DNA of 64,000 bases from the human T2T-CHM13v2.0 reference genome, Homo sapiens (GCF_009914755.1 NC_060946.1); one strand, 5' to 3'. Counted from the stretch's first letter, positions 38,701 through 53,219 are shown. The notes: a model not told the origin generated them from the sequence alone. Translations and numbers: made by a program.

Positions 38701-41700
38701 GGTTTCCACTGTCCACACAGTGCCTTTACAAGTATTAGAAAATGGCTCCCCTTTCCCCAGTTAGATGTAGCCCTGTATCAGGGCATGTGGCTTGGAGAAG
38801 AGCATGCAGGCTGGATTTCAACCCCCCTTTCTCCCTTAGCTGGGTTTCTTCCTTGAGTGAACAACATACTTGTTAGTAGCTGTCCTGTGCTTATTCCTGA
38901 AACTGGGGGTGAAATCAGCCACCACGCCAAAACTGAAGGATAGAAGGTGGCTTCATCTAGGGTATCAGATAATGGCTAATAATAAAGGGAGGGGACAGTG
39001 GGTGCTGTGTGGGCAAAAGGAGCAAAAAATAATCCTAACCTGTCTAGACTTCATCTCGGAAGCCATATACAACCTTCTTCAATGGAAATATTTAACACTT
39101 CAGGAGTGCCAAGAAGGCTATAAGGAGCATATCTCTTAAGGAACTAAGTTAGGGCATTCTAGAATGTATGCTTTACGGATTTACCTTATAAATATATAAC
39201 TGACTAATACACATAGAAAATATATTGCAGAGTAACATAGATGACAGAACTTGAAATACATGACATTCTACCGCAGTCTATCATTATTTTCTAACTTATC
39301 AAAAGACTCAGAGGATCTTATTTTTCGTATTGATAAATTTCTAACCAGAGCCCTATTTACTTGTGTCTTGAAAAACAGAGTATTTGCAAATATGTCTGAA
39401 GAGGGAAGAGAAAGAAAATGATTCCAAAAAAGCTGATAACATTAAGACATCTGTTTATAGAAGATGTAAATTTGCAACCACAAATTAAAAGCTTATAGGA
39501 GCTACACAGAATGTGAAGAAAAATAAATGAAACCAAACCACTACAAGAAATAACCAAACTAAGAAGACAGCAAGAGAGGAAAAATAAAGAACTGCAAAAC
39601 ATATGAAAAACAATTAACCAAACGCAAGTTACTCCTTACCCATCAACAATGACTTTAAATGTGAAAGGATTAAACTATCTAATTAAAAGACATAGAGTGG
39701 CACAATGCATAAAAGATACTCATCAGTACATATTTATAAGGGAGTCACTTTAGATATAAAGATACATAGAGGCTCAAAGTGAAGGGATGGGAAAAGATAC
39801 TCTATGCAAATGGTAAACAAAAAAGAGCAAGGGTATCTATATTTAGATCAGAAAAAATAGACTTGAAATCAAAAACTGTCACTAGAGACTAGGAAGGCCA
39901 TTATATAATGATAAAAGTTCACTTCAATGGGAAGATTGAAAATATATATCCACCCAACATTAGAACACCTAAATATATAAAGTTAATATCAACAAAGCTA
40001 AGGGGAGAAATCAGTAACACTAAAATAATAGTAGCCAACTTCAGTACCCCAAATTCAATAATGGATAGAACATCTAGGCAGGAATAAAAAAAGAGGAAAC
40101 AGCTGACTTGAACAACACAGTAGATTAAACACTGACAGATACACAACTTTCCATCCAACAGCAGCAGAATATACATTCTTCTCAAGTGCACACAGAATCT
40201 TCTCTGAGATAGATCAAATCTTAGGTCACAAAGCATACTACAAATTTAAGAAGTTTGATATAACGCCAAGTATCTTCTCATTCCACAATGGAATAAAATT
40301 AGAAGTCAATAACAAAGAAAACAGAAACATTTACAAAAATGCAGAAACTAAACAACACATGCTTGAACAACCGTTGGGTAAAAGAAGAAATCAAAAGGGA
40401 ATTTTAAAAATATCTTGAGACAAATAAAAATGAACATACAACTCAACAAAATTTACAGGATGCAGCAAAAGAAGTGCTAAGTGGGAAATGTTACAGTGAT
40501 AAATACCTACATTAAAAAATAAGAAAGATCTAACTCGAACAACCTAACTTTAAAAATAAAAAAATTAGAAAAAGAGAAACTAACTAAACCCAAAGTTAGC
40601 ATAATGAAGTAAATAATAAAGATTAGAATATAAATAAAATAACTATAAAATAGAAAACAATAGAAAAATCAACAAAGCTAGAGTTGAATTTTTGGAAATA
40701 CAAACAAAAATAACAAACCCTTAGCTACACTAAGAAAAAAAGAGAAACTCAAGTAAATATAATCAGAAATGAAAATGGAGACATTATAGGAAATGTACAG
40801 GAATACAAATGATTATAAAGGAGTATTAAGCGATTATATGCCAATAAATTGGATAACCTAGAAGAAATGGATAAATTCTTAGAAAGATGCAATCTACCAA
40901 AATGGAACAAAAAAGAAATAGAACAGTCCAAAAGCAAGCAAAGAGATCTAATCAGTAATCAAAAATTTCCCAACAAAGAAAAGCCCAGGTGCAGATGCTT
41001 TCATGGGCAACTTCTACCAAACATTCAAAGAAGAACTAACACCAAAACTTCTTAAACTCTTCAGAAAAAATAGAAGAGAGAATACTCTCAAACTCATTTC
41101 ATGAGGCCGATGTTACCATGACTTAAAAGCTAGACGAAGACAACACAAGAAAAATAATTACAGACCAGTATCCTTAAAGAATATAGATGCAAAAATTCTC
41201 AATAAAATACTAACTAGCAATCTGAATTCAAAAGCACATTGAAAAGGTCATACACCATGACCAATTGTAATTTATCTATCTGATACAAGGATGTTTCAAT
41301 GTGTAAAAGTTAATAATGGGATATACCACATTAACAGAATGAAAGATAAAAATAATATTCCAATGGATGCAGAAAACACATTTGACAAAATTCAATATAC
41401 TTTCATGATAAAACTCTCAACAAAGTAAGTATACAAGAAACTTACCTCAACACTATAAAGTCTGTATATGAAAAACCTATATCTAATATTATAATCACTG
41501 GGGAAAAACTGAAAGCTTTTTCTTAATATCTGGAACAAGACAAGGATGTCTACTCTCATCACTCCTATTCAACATAGTACTGGAAATCCTAGCCAGAGCA
41601 ATCAGGCAAGAGAAATAAAAGGCATCAAAATTGAAAGGAAGGATATAGTTACCTCTGTTAACAGATAACATGATTATTGTACATTGAAAACTCTAAAGAC

Positions 41701-41726
41701 TCCACAGAAAATGTTTAGAAATAATA

Positions 41727-41950
41727 CAGTCAGTCTTTCATATCTGCTGGGGATTTGTTTCAGGACCCCCTCAGATAACAAAATCTGTGATGATCAACTC
41801 CCTCACATAAAATCGTGTACAGTTGGCCCTATGTATCCATGGGTTCACATCTGTGGATTCAAACCACCACAGATGGAAAATGTGTACAAGTTATGTTCAT
41901 AGTTGATTAAGTTCATGGTTGCAGAACCCATGGATATGAAGGACTGACTA
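41727..41950 (+). mobile_element. TcMar-Tigger non-autonomous element (MER2-family)
   Basis: TIRs CAGTCAGTCTTTCATATC / GATATGAAGGACTGACTA with TA TSD, inserted in the L1. Confidence 0.85.
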
Positions 41951-43245
41951 TATAATAAATTTACTAAAGTTGTAGGATACACAATCGACATTCAAAAATC
42001 ATTGCTATTTCTAAACACTAACAATGAATTGTCTGAAAGGGAAATTTAAAAAACAGTATCAAATAAACTACGTTGGAACTAACTAACCAAAGAAGTGAAA
42101 GACTTAAACACTACAAATTATAAAAGATTGATGACAGAAATTTAAACCAAAGTAAAGTGAAAGACAACCCATGGATTGAAAGGGTTAGTACTGTATTATT
42201 AAAGTGTCCATATTACTCAAAGCAATCTACACATTTAATGTAATCCATATCAAAATTCCAATGGTATCTCTCACAGAAATAGAAAAAAAACCCTAAAATT
42301 CATATAGAATCACAAAAATCCCTGAGTGGCAGAAGCAATTTTGAGCAAGAACAAAGCTACAGGTATCACACTTCCTGACTTCAAATTAAACTACAAAGCT
42401 GTAGAAAGAAAAAACACTGTGGTACTGGCATAAAAACAGACACATAAACCAGTGAAACAAAATAGAGAACCTAGGCATAACCCACACATTTGCAGTAATT
42501 GATCACCCTGGAAGGTGACAAGGAGACACTATAGGGAGAGGATATGTTGTTGACCAAATGGTGTTAGGAAAGCTGGATGTCTACATGTAAAAGAATGAAA
42601 TCGGATCCCTAGCTCACGCCTTATGTAAAAATTAACTCAAAATGGATTAAACGTTTAAATGTAATCACTGAAACCATAAAACTCCTAGAAGAAGACAAGA
42701 GAAAACATTCTTGACATTGGTCTTGGCAATAATTTGTTTAGATATGATGCCAAAAGCACAGGCAACAAAGGCAAAATAGATAAATGAATTACATCAAACT
42801 AAAAAGCTTCTGCACAGTAAAGAAAACAACTAATGAAATGATAACACAACCTATGAAATGGGGAAAATGTTTTAAACCATATCTCTTATAAGGAGTTCAA
42901 AAAATAAGAAGGACACATACACATCAATTCCAAAATTATGAATAACCTAATTTTATTTTAAGGCAAAGAACCTATATAAATACATCTCAAAAGAAGAAAT
43001 TCAAATGACTAACAGGTATATGAAAATGTGCTCAACATCTCTAAACTTCAGAGTAATGCAAATCAAAACTACAATGAGATATAATGTCACACCTGTTAAA
43101 ATGGCTATTATCAAAAAGAGAAAAGATAAGTGTTGGTAAGAATGTGGAGAAAAGAAAACCATTATACACTATTGACGGGAATGCAAATTAGTAAAACACA
43201 GAAAACAGTATTGAGGTTCCTCCAAAGAAAATTGAAAATAGCACT

Positions 43246-43533
43246 GGCCTGGTGTGGTGTCTCACACCTGTAATCCCAGGATTTGGGGAAGTCAAGGCAG
43301 GAGGCCAGGAGCTCCAGACCAGCCTGGGTAACATAGCAAGACCCCATCTCTGAAAAAAATTTAAAATTAACCAGACATGGTGTTGTACACCTGTAGTCCC
43401 AGCTACTCAGGAGGCTGAGGTAGGAGGATCGCTTGATCCCAGGAGTTCAAGGCTGCAGTGAGCTATGATCTTGCCACTGGACTTTACCTTGGATGACAGA
43501 GTGAGACCCGGTTTCAAAAATAAAAAAAAAAAA
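43246..43533 (+). mobile_element. AluJ-like inside L1
   Basis: Dimeric Alu, A-tail, TSD-like aaaatagcact / aaaagaact. Confidence 0.9.
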
Positions 43534-44389
43534 GAACTACCACATAATCCAACAATTTCACTTCTGGATATATGTCCAGTGAAATTGACATAAGAGTCTT
43601 AGAGAGGTGTCTGTCATCCCCTGTTCATTGCAGCATGACACACAATGACCAAAATATGAAAATAACCTAAGTGTCCTTTGGCAGAGGAACAGATGAATGG
43701 GTAAAGAAAATGTGATGTGTATACATAAAATGAAATATTATACAACCTTGAAAAAGAAGGAAATCCTTCTATTTGTGCAAACATGGATGGAGCTGGAAGA
43801 TATTGCGCCAAGCAAAAATGCAAGACACAGAGACAAATACTTCATGATCTCACTTACATGAGGAATCTACAACAGTCAAATTCATAAAAACAGAGAATAG
43901 GACAGTGGTTGCCAGGGGCTCAGGGAGGGGAAATGGGGTGATGTTAATTAAACTGTGCAATGTTCAAGTTATAATAATTTCTGGAGATATAATGTACAAC
44001 ACGGAACAACACTGTATCATATTCTTGTGTTCTGCTAAAGGACTAGATCATAAATTAATTACTGTCAACACACACACAATGGTAAATATGTAGAGATAAT
44101 ATGCTAATTTGCTTGATTGTGGTGATCATTTCGAAAAGTATAGAAATATCAAAACATTAAGTTACCTTAAATTTATACAATTTGTATATGTCATGTTATC
44201 ATCATAAAGCTGTTAAGAAAGATTTAGTGAATCATGTCAACTACCTGGGAACTTTCTCATGACAGGGAGGGCTGGAGTAGGAAAATGGAATTTTGCAACA
44301 AGGATAGGGTGAGGGACATGGGAAATGATTGATCAAGTATTTAAGAAATGACCTGGGTGGAAGCTACATCAAAGGGTATGAGCTTTAGC

Positions 44390-44870
44390 GCATCAGTCCT
44401 CAAACTTTTTGGTTTCAGGAACACTTTACATTTTTAAAAGTTATTGAGGACCCCAAAGAGCTTTTATTTATTTGGATTATATCTATCTATATTTATCATA
44501 TTAAACATTAAAACTGAGAAATTAAAACAAATAAAATAATATATGTTTACATAAATCACATTTTTATTTAAAATTATCATTTTTAAGCAGTAAAGTTGGT
44601 GAGAACAGTGACATTGTTTTATATTTTTAGGTATGTCTTTAAAGTCTGATTTAATAGAAGAAAACTCGGTTCTCCTTTCTGCTTCTATGTTTAATTTCTT
44701 GTGACATCCCATGTCAAGTAGCCTCTGGGAAACTCAAATTATACTTGTGATAGAATGAAAGTGGAAAAGTTAAACAAAACCTGTGTCTTTTTATGAAAAG
44801 ACTTTTGACCTTCCAGAGCCCCTGGAAGAGACTCAGAGACTTCTCAGGGTTCTCTGGCTCATGTGTTCAC
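44390..44870 (+). mobile_element. hAT-Charlie element, MER119-like
   Basis: ctcaaactttttggtttcagg...ttattgaggaccccaaagagctttt. Confidence 0.7.
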
Positions 44871-45266
44871 AGAGTAGACGGTAAGTCCGCAAGAGAAAGC
44901 AGTGATTGGCTGTGGGAGGACTTGCTGAGAGGTGGTAGAGAAGAGGTTGGATGTGTAGAAAGTATGCTCGTTATTTTCATTTCTTTTCCCTTTCCTTTGC
45001 CCTCTTGTTGCTGGGATTTCCTCTTTAGATGATCGTATCATAAATTAGAAATAGCATTAATGAACATTCTTGATACTGCCTAATGAAAGTTTCTGTTTTG
45101 TCTTCCTGAGTCTTGATACATTTCAAGAAGTCTTCTATCTCATTTATTGTTCCCACCGAAATTTGGAATTTAGGAAGAGTCGATATAGCTATATTTAGAT
45201 GATTTATCTCCCTGAAGACATTTTGGGATCATTTATAAATCTCTATAAACAATGCTCTGATGTTCC

Positions 45267-45571
45267 TTTATTTTGTTTAGGGACTGGGTCTTGCCGTGTT
45301 GTCTGGAGTGGAGTGGCTCGAGCGTAGTTCACAATACACAATGCAATCAAACTCCTGGGCTCAAAGTGATCCTTCCACTCAGCCTCCACAGTAGCTAGGT
45401 CTGCAGGTGTGGGCCAGCACGCCTAGCTTTTGATTACTATTATTATTTTTGTAGAAATGAGGGTTTCATTATGCTGCCCAGGCTGGTCTTCCAACTCCTG
45501 GCCTCCAGCGATCCTCCTGCCTTCCGCCGTCTGAGGAGCTGAGATTACAGGTGTAAGCCACCATGCTGGTC
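45267..45571 (-). mobile_element. AluJ-like, decayed
   Basis: Reverse dimeric Alu. Confidence 0.85.
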
Positions 45572-45634
45572 CTGATGTCATTTAAATACAAACATGATAC
45601 TGTATTCCTTGTAGAAAGTGCTACATAAATATAA

Positions 45635-45922
45635 TTTTTTTGAAATAGGGTCTTGCTGTGTCACCCAGGCTGGAATGCAGTGGTATGATCACACTCACTG
45701 CAGCCTTGACCTGCTGGGCTTAAGTGATCCTCCCACCTCGGCCTTCCAAGTAGCTGGGACCTGAGGTATGAGCCAAGAAGCCCAGAGAATTTTTCAATTT
45801 TTGGTAAAGATCGGCGTGTCACTGTGTTGCCCAGGGTGGTCTTGAACTCTTGGGCTCAAGTTACCCTCTGCCCAGGTCTCCCAAAGTGCTGGGATTACAG
45901 GCCTGAACCACTGCACCGGGTC
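45635..45922 (-). mobile_element. AluJ-like
   Basis: Reverse dimeric Alu, tandem to the previous one. Confidence 0.9.
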
Positions 45923-47299
45923 CTAAAAATTTTTTCACTTTATTTGTTTGTGCACAAGGTGCTGCTGTTTCCCTTCTAATAACATGAGACAGCTCACTCA
46001 AGAACATCAAGAACACGACATTCTCTAAAAAAAATCATAATAGTTCCTTTTCCATAACTATTAAGTTTTCAAGATGTTATCAGGTTTATCTCATAGAAAG
46101 AATGTGTAAAATTTTTCATGTAGAAACATAATCTTTTAGCAATGAGTTAGTTAAAAAATTTGGCATTGTCAGAATGAAGATTTCCTTTTCCCTGTAATTT
46201 TATTTATTATAATTATATTTTTAGTGATATCAATTGCTTTATAAAAACTCATTGCATTATATACTCAATGACTGTGAAATCGTCTGCTTTGAAGCACAGT
46301 GAAGTCATCAATCAGCATACTGGGTCTAACACAGTTCCTTCCATTTTAAGAAAGCTATTTACACTCCAATTTGCAAGTTGGATTTTACAAAAATTAAAAC
46401 ATTTAGAAAATATACTAACTTTGATTGTTTTAAAAAGTAGTGGATTTTTATGGTAAGGAAACAAATTGAAGCTCTGTTTTGGAAAGTGCAGAAAACAAAT
46501 CAGCATCTTTATAAATAGGTTTTACTGCTGGTTTAGAAATTACCTTATGTGCTTTATAGATGATGGAAAATGAAATCAGCTGCAGTTAGCAGTGTGCATG
46601 CATCGTACTAGTTGTGTCACTTTCAGAAAGATTATGGAATATTGGCAGGTCAGGATTCTCGAAATGATAAGTTCTAAGAAGAGGTTAAATGAAAAAGAAT
46701 TTTAAAAGCAAGGCTAATTGTTTAATATATACATGGACGAGTTATGAGGAAATCCTGGACTGGGAGCTAGCAGATCTATGTTCTGACTTTTACTAAGTCA
46801 TTGGCTGCTACAGCAGGCCAAGCAAACATAACTGCCAAGGCTGCCTGGGAGTTGGGTTGATTGGCAATTGGCACAGGGAGAGAGGACAATTGCCAGAATA
46901 ATGGCCAAATAGTCAGGGTTTCATGTTGAGTGAAGCAGGACGTGCATTTGTATCCCAAGGGCAAAACTGACGCTAGAATCTGGGCCTCCTGGCTGAATCT
47001 GAGTCCACAGTCTGATGAGTAGGATGAAGTAGTCTCAGAAATCCAAGCCAGCCAGAACCCATGAGGTGTGCTCTGCAGATATTGGCTGGCAAGCTGCATT
47101 AAGATGTTTCATTCCATTGAGCAAACATTTCCTTGATTGGTTAGGTTAGCATCCCACAAGAGCAGAGACAAATTCTTCAGAATTTGTCCATGAAGCTATA
47201 GTCCCAGAGCTTATATTTCAAGGGAGGAGGGAGGAAACAACATCTCAGGATGGTAGGTGATTACAGCTAAACCGAATTCTGAAAATAAAAGGAACCCTA

Positions 47300-47649
47300 T
47301 GTCTTTGTCTGCTCAGGCTGCTTCTACAAACAACTGTAGACTGAGTGGTTTAAACAGCACATACTTGTTTCTCACAGCTGTGGGAATTCAAAGATTAAAA
47401 TCTGGGCCAGCAGAGCCAGTGTCTGGTGAAGGCCCTCTTATTGGTTTGCAGGTGTTCTTGTTGTATCTTCACATGGCTGAGTGAAGAAGGCTCTAGCCTT
47501 CTACTCTTCTTATTAGGATGCTAACCCCATTGTGGGAACTCCATCCTCATCAAAACCAAATTACTTCCCAAAGGTCCTCCTTCTAATGCCATTCTATTGT
47601 TAGAGTTTCAACATGTGCATTTGTTGATGCAAACATGCAGTGCACAGCA
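47300..47649 (-). mobile_element. MLT1A-like LTR
   Basis: tgtctttgtctgctcaggctg...aaacatgcagtgcacagca; TSD-like cccta / tctta. Confidence 0.8.
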
Positions 47650-50600
47650 TCTTATCTAATCAAGTCAGTTGTCCCTTGAATAAAATTCTAGCTCCTATAA
47701 CAAGACTTCAAATTATGACTTGGTTGTTGCCAAAACTATCTATCTGGATTTGCTAGAAATCAAACATACTTGAATATTTCCTCTAAAGGTTTTCTCATTC
47801 CTACCCTATTGTGTATATTTACAGAATTCTTAAATAATTACATACTCAAGGCTTCTATTAGCTCTGACGAGAGCTTCTATTAGCTTTGACTATTGCAAGC
47901 AGCTTTATAGCACTGTAGGTAAAAACATGTGCTTTGAAATCATACAATAAATTTATTGAATGCTAAGCACTTTATAACCACTATTTAATGTTATCATCTT
48001 AATAACCTTCATTATTACCTCCATTAAACCCTATTTGTTGGCTACTTATATTATTCTGATTTTGCAAATCTAAATTTGAGAGGCTTTCCCAATGTCACAT
48101 AAGTTAATAAGTGGCATAGCTCGGGTTTGAATTAAAGTCTACCTGATTCCAAGATCTATTTACCATTGTTCTACAATATGTAGTTTTTAGGTCCCTGAGA
48201 ATGCTAACAGCCTTTCTTTTGAAATCTGCATTATTTCTGGATAGCAGCTTTATTAATACATAACCATATTTCAGGCAACAAAATTCTTTGAAATCTTTCA
48301 TTTCCATTGGGATATAAGGATCAGTTCTGTGGCATTGTCAGCCAGAAAACATCATTTGGAGACTATCTTGTACAAGAAGTAGAAGACACAGCTGGGGGCC
48401 TGCAGAGGACAGAAAGCTCACAGCTTCTGTCAATACCCCTTTCACTTCCTCCTCAAGGAGATTGACCTCTGTGGCTGGTCAAGCTTAAGGATCTTTTATG
48501 GACCATAGCTAATGGTGAAATCTTCCTAACTCTAGGTGAAGATTAATGGGCAAGTTGGAGAGTTAAGGTAGCTTATGGCTGCTCCTTTTAGAAAAAGTCT
48601 GTTCATTGCTCTCTTATTTGTGAAACCCCTCTGTTCCCCCAAATGCTTGGTAAGACATGCCTGAAGACCAATCCTGTGTCAGTAGACTTCATATCCACTC
48701 TCTTCTACCAATCACACAACTACAGACAAATAAGAAAAATAAAGCAAAGCTCAGACACACTCCCCTGGCACAGAGGCCACTCTCTGGCTGGCTGCTTTTC
48801 TCTACCATGCCGCCTCCTGGGCATTTGGCTCTTTCTTAGATCAAACAGAGACATGGGTTTGGGATTAAAGAGAAGTAGGTGAAAGGGGTCTCTGGCCTGT
48901 TTTGGCATTAGACCAAGTAAATAACAGAGTTCTGGCTTAAGCTCAGCTCTGTAGAGCTTTCTCTGTGTTTGGGGAAAATCTCCGATAGTAATGAAGAGGT
49001 ATTTTACTGTGCTTCGTTTTCTGTACATATATCTCTTTCTTAGGTATGTTGTGAGGAGATTCGTTCCCTGGACAAATGCCGTCTTAATCACCTTCATTAT
49101 TATCAATTTTATTTTATTTTCAGAATTAAAATTTAAATAGACATTCAGGAAACAAGTCTGGTGAGAGAATTATGTTATGAGGTTAATCTTTCAGCATCTG
49201 CCTTAGGGACATTGATTATTTTCCCCCTTGTTTTTCACCAAGCTCCAGGCTTGCAAAAGAATTGTGATGTGGTCTGAGGCAAACTTACTGATTGGCTAGT
49301 GGTAAGTTAAACCATAACCTGTAGGACCGCTGGGAACCATTGCTTGTCACCGGCCAGAAATCCACTGTTTGGAGGTGTGCGCTGGGAAGGCTATTCATAC
49401 TTATTGATACATGCTTTGTTCTTGGCACTATGTTAAGTACTGGACACATGAAACAATTTGGAATATCGTTACATTCAACCCTCACAATAGTCTGATGTAT
49501 ATGTTATGAGTCCCGTATTAGAAACGAGTAAACAAGATTAGAGGAAGAGAAGTACACAGCTGGAACCACACAGGCGGCACTGGGACTGGAAGCAGTTCCA
49601 TCTCACCCTGGACCACCATTTCTATGCTGTGTCTCCACTAGAGGATCCTTTCTTTGGTTCTTCTGAGTCATTAGTCATCAATAATTTATCTCCAAACTGT
49701 AGGTTTCACAGGAGGAGATGCCACTTGAAGGTTCATGGCTTAAAATGGAGATGGAATGTGGAACATGGTGGGAAGCACCGGAAGGGGTTTATTGATAAAT
49801 TTCAAGTACTTTGTGGGGCTCTGAAAGACCGTCTTCAAATTCTTTGTCCTACTACCTCTTTCATATTCAAATGTCATGTGGGTATATCTTTTGGGTTAAA
49901 TTAAGGAAAATATCCATGAAAAGTAAAAAACAAACAAAAAACCCCAAAAGAGTAGAAAGAGGTACTATGAAAAATCAACTCAGATTTCTCAGAGTTTTAT
50001 TAACTCAAAGAAGCCTTGGTCCAGTTGGAAGAAGACAGAATTGATTTTGACAATCTCTAGCAAACCCTTTAGTGTTCAATGCACTCTAGACCATGAGTAC
50101 AAAGAAGTTCACTTAATAGGTTCACCAAATTAGTTAGTTTGTGTAGTTCAAAGGGAAACAGACACACAGGACTGTGAGGTTTTGACAGCTGCGAAAGGCA
50201 AGTCTGGGTCCAGTGAGCCCAGGCAGGCCATGAAGGGGCAGGGCAGGAGAAGGACGGTGCTGGGAGGCTAGGGAACTGGCCACCTCTGTGCTGGCTGAAG
50301 ATCACAAAAATCAACACAGCTTTCTGCAAATGCTGCCCGTGCCTGATGGAATTAAACAGAGCTCTGAGAAAGATAGCACCGGGGCCGAGGATGGGTCCTG
50401 AGCTGCCTACAGTCATCAATATCTTGGCCAGTGGCTATGCACTCAGGGGCAATTTGGCTAGCTTTCTTGATCCACTCCAGAAAACTCGCTTTTGAAGTGG
50501 TTTGGAAAGCTCCAAAAGGGAAGTGCTTCATGCTATTGGTATTGCTGCCTAAAAGAAAAGATTCTGCTTTTCATCAGCTGCTGATTTTTGCTCTCTGTAT

Positions 50601-52029
50601 TTCTCTAGCATCTGTTGCTGGTGGCCCTGGTTATGCTAACAAGTAGATAGTGTAGCTGCAGCAGCAGAACAGAAAAGACTCTCCTGGATTCTCAGTTCTA
50701 GGCTGGCCTGGGAACAGGCTTAGGGATGTTTCAATGTTTGAATGCAGGTGAGCTGGAGATCTGTGGCAATTCTTTTGACATGAGGCTGGGCATTCTTTAT
50801 AGCTTCCCCAGACACAGGAATTGGCAGGGCTTGAAAAAGAATCACTGGCAGGAAGTTCATTTTCTTTATTGCTACCTCCCCAGCCATAAAATTAAAAGCT
50901 TTTTACCAAAATAACGTTAGCCATCTCATGGGAGTAGGAGATCATTTCCTTCAGAGTCTTTCCTGATTGGAGTCTAGTCCTAGGATGGTTTGAACCGTCC
51001 ATTTGAATTTGAGGAGCTTTCTAATTGATGCTTCTCATCCCCTCTCTGACCAGTCTTATTTGGTGTCATCTGCCTTTCCCCTTCCTCCCTACAAAACCTC
51101 AGAGTCTTGAAACAAAAATCTTTGTATTGTAAACTTCATCATGTTAATTTCATCAATTCAAACGAACCTTCCCTTGTTTGAGTTTCCTCCAACTGTGTGA
51201 CTTAGGGCTGTTGAACTCTTTCAAATACACAGGAAAATAGAAACCTCTTTTGGTGTCTAGTGATTGTATAATAAAACATTTTCAGATGCTAATGACATGC
51301 TTTGTGCTTTGTTAATGAACGAAATTCCAAGGATATTCCTATTTGAAAGGTTTAAAAATATAATAGCTGTCATTATATCTAATTCTGTCTACATTTCTGG
51401 TGTGAAATGAGAACTCAGGAGCTCTGCCATCTACACAGTGCATGGTTCTACCAGCTATTTCTGTGTTACTTCAAGCAAATCACTTCTTTTCTGCCTTTTC
51501 TTTCTTTTTATGTAAAATGTGGATAACTATCTGTCTCACTGAATTCATAGAGTGACTGTATTATGTACAACAAAATTTATTGAAAAGCGTAAAGCTCCAT
51601 AATTAGGTAGAATGTTACCTGTGATTTGTAAGCTTTTTAAATCCTGGGGCAGTGGAGGAAGAATTCCTCTTACTGTAAAAGGACATCCCTCTAATAATCT
51701 CCCTTCTTTTCCTGACTTTTCAGGGATTCTGTTCATTGCTTTTCCATTTGTCATCTGCATCTTCAATCTCTCTCCTTCTTGATGCATTCGGTCAGCATTT
51801 AAATATAAATTTTTCATGTAAAAAATCTTCTATCTTGGAGGAACCTTAACTTTGACTCTGTGTGTCTTTCTAGCTATCAAGCCATCTCCTCCTTTCTTGG
51901 CAAATTTTTCTCAAGGATTTTCCACATTTACTATCTCCTTTTGCTCATTTTCCTTTCACTCTTTATTCAGGTCAGTTTGGCTTTCACTTTCATCAAGCCT
52001 ATGAAACTGCTTGTGCTAAGGTCACCATA

Positions 52030-52372
52030 TAAGAGTGCTAGTGGCTTCCATCACAAGCTGCCACAGATTGAGTGGTTTATCTTCTCACAGCTCTGAAGAC
52101 TGGAAATCCAGGATGGAATGTCAGCAGGTTTGCCTTCTTCTGAGAACTGCTGCCTTGCAGATGCCTCCCTTCCTGCTGTGTCCTCAGGCTGTGTTGCCTG
52201 TGTCTCAATCTCTTTTTACATGGACACCTGCCATATTGGTTTAGGGTCCACCCATATGGCTTCATTTGACCTCACTTACCTCTTTGAATGCCTTCTCTAA
52301 ATCAGTCCCTCTGAGGCAGTGGGGATCAGCTCTTCAACATAGGAATCTGGGGGGACACAATTCAGCACCCCC
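52030..52372 (-). mobile_element. MLT1B-like LTR
   Basis: ttctcacagctctgaagactggaaatcc...ggggggacacaattcagc. Confidence 0.75.
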
Positions 52373-52407
52373 AGAATTGGTGATTCCTAAACATCATGAA
52401 CACTATT

Positions 52408-52426
52408 CCTCTTTCTCTTTCTTTCC

Positions 52427-52478
<52 letters not shown>

Positions 52479-52712
52479 TCTCTTTCTTTCTCTCTCTCTT
52501 TCTTTCTTTCCTCTTTCTTTCTTTCTCCCTTCCTTCCTTCCTTCCCTCCCTTTCCTTTCCTTTCCTCGCTCTCCCTTCATTCTTTCCTTCCCTTTCCTTT
52601 CCTTTCCCTTCCCTTCCTTTCCTCGCTCTCCCTTCCTTCTTTCCTTTCCTTTCCTCACTCTTCCTTCCTTCTTTCCTTCCTTCGTTCTCTCTCTTTCTCC
52701 CTTCCTTCCTTC
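52408..52712. repeat. Polypyrimidine simple repeat (CTTT/CCTT/CT)n
   Basis: About 300 bp almost purely C/T. Confidence 0.97.
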
Positions 52713-52840
52713 TATTTATTTACTTTTGTTTATATAAAATTTATGGGATACATGTGCAATTTTGTTCCATGCATAGTGGTCAGTTCAAAGCTATTAGGGT
52801 ATCCATCACCCAAGTAACATATATTGTACATATTATGTAA
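52713..52840 (-). mobile_element. Short L1 3' end (L1MA/L1PB-like)
   Basis: ttatgggatacatgtgcaattttgtt...ttagggtatccatcaccc. Confidence 0.7.
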
Positions 52841-52998
52841 TATATAAGTCCAATGGGGTCTCAGAAACATTCAGTAGAGTAGACCCCTGACCTCTTCCTC
52901 TAGCTTGAACTATTTTCTTATCAGCTTCTCCCTCTTTGCCCAAACTTTAAATGTTGAAGTTCCTAAATCCTGGGTCCTCTTCTGTTCTTATTCCATAC

Positions 52999-53219
52999 TA
53001 GGCTTGTCCAACCCATGGTCTGTGGGCCATGTGTGGCCCAGGACAGCTTTGAATGCAGCCCAACACAAATTTGTAAACATTCTTCAAGCATTATAAGATA
53101 TTTTATGATTTTTTTTAGCTCATCAGCTATTGTTAATATTAGTATATTTTATGTGTGGCCCAAGACAATTCTTCTTATTCGAATGCAGCCAGGGAAGCCA
53201 AAAGATTGGACACAGACTG
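52999..53219 (-). mobile_element. MER30
   Basis: ggcttgtccaaccc...gggaagccaaaagattggacac; homologous to 9948-10163. Confidence 0.85.

Larger units (their letters stand above)
39480..44220 (+). mobile_element. L1MA-like element (ORF2 through 3' end)
   Basis: ORF 40849..41055 begins DNLEEMDKFLERCNLPKWN (ORF2 motif); L1MA-type 3'UTR (gcttgattgtggtgatcatttc...aataaagctg-like end). Confidence 0.88.

Noticed and set aside
52266-52817. 183-aa F/S/L-rich and 98-aa K/E/R-rich ORFs
   Set aside because: Translations of the CT simple repeat.
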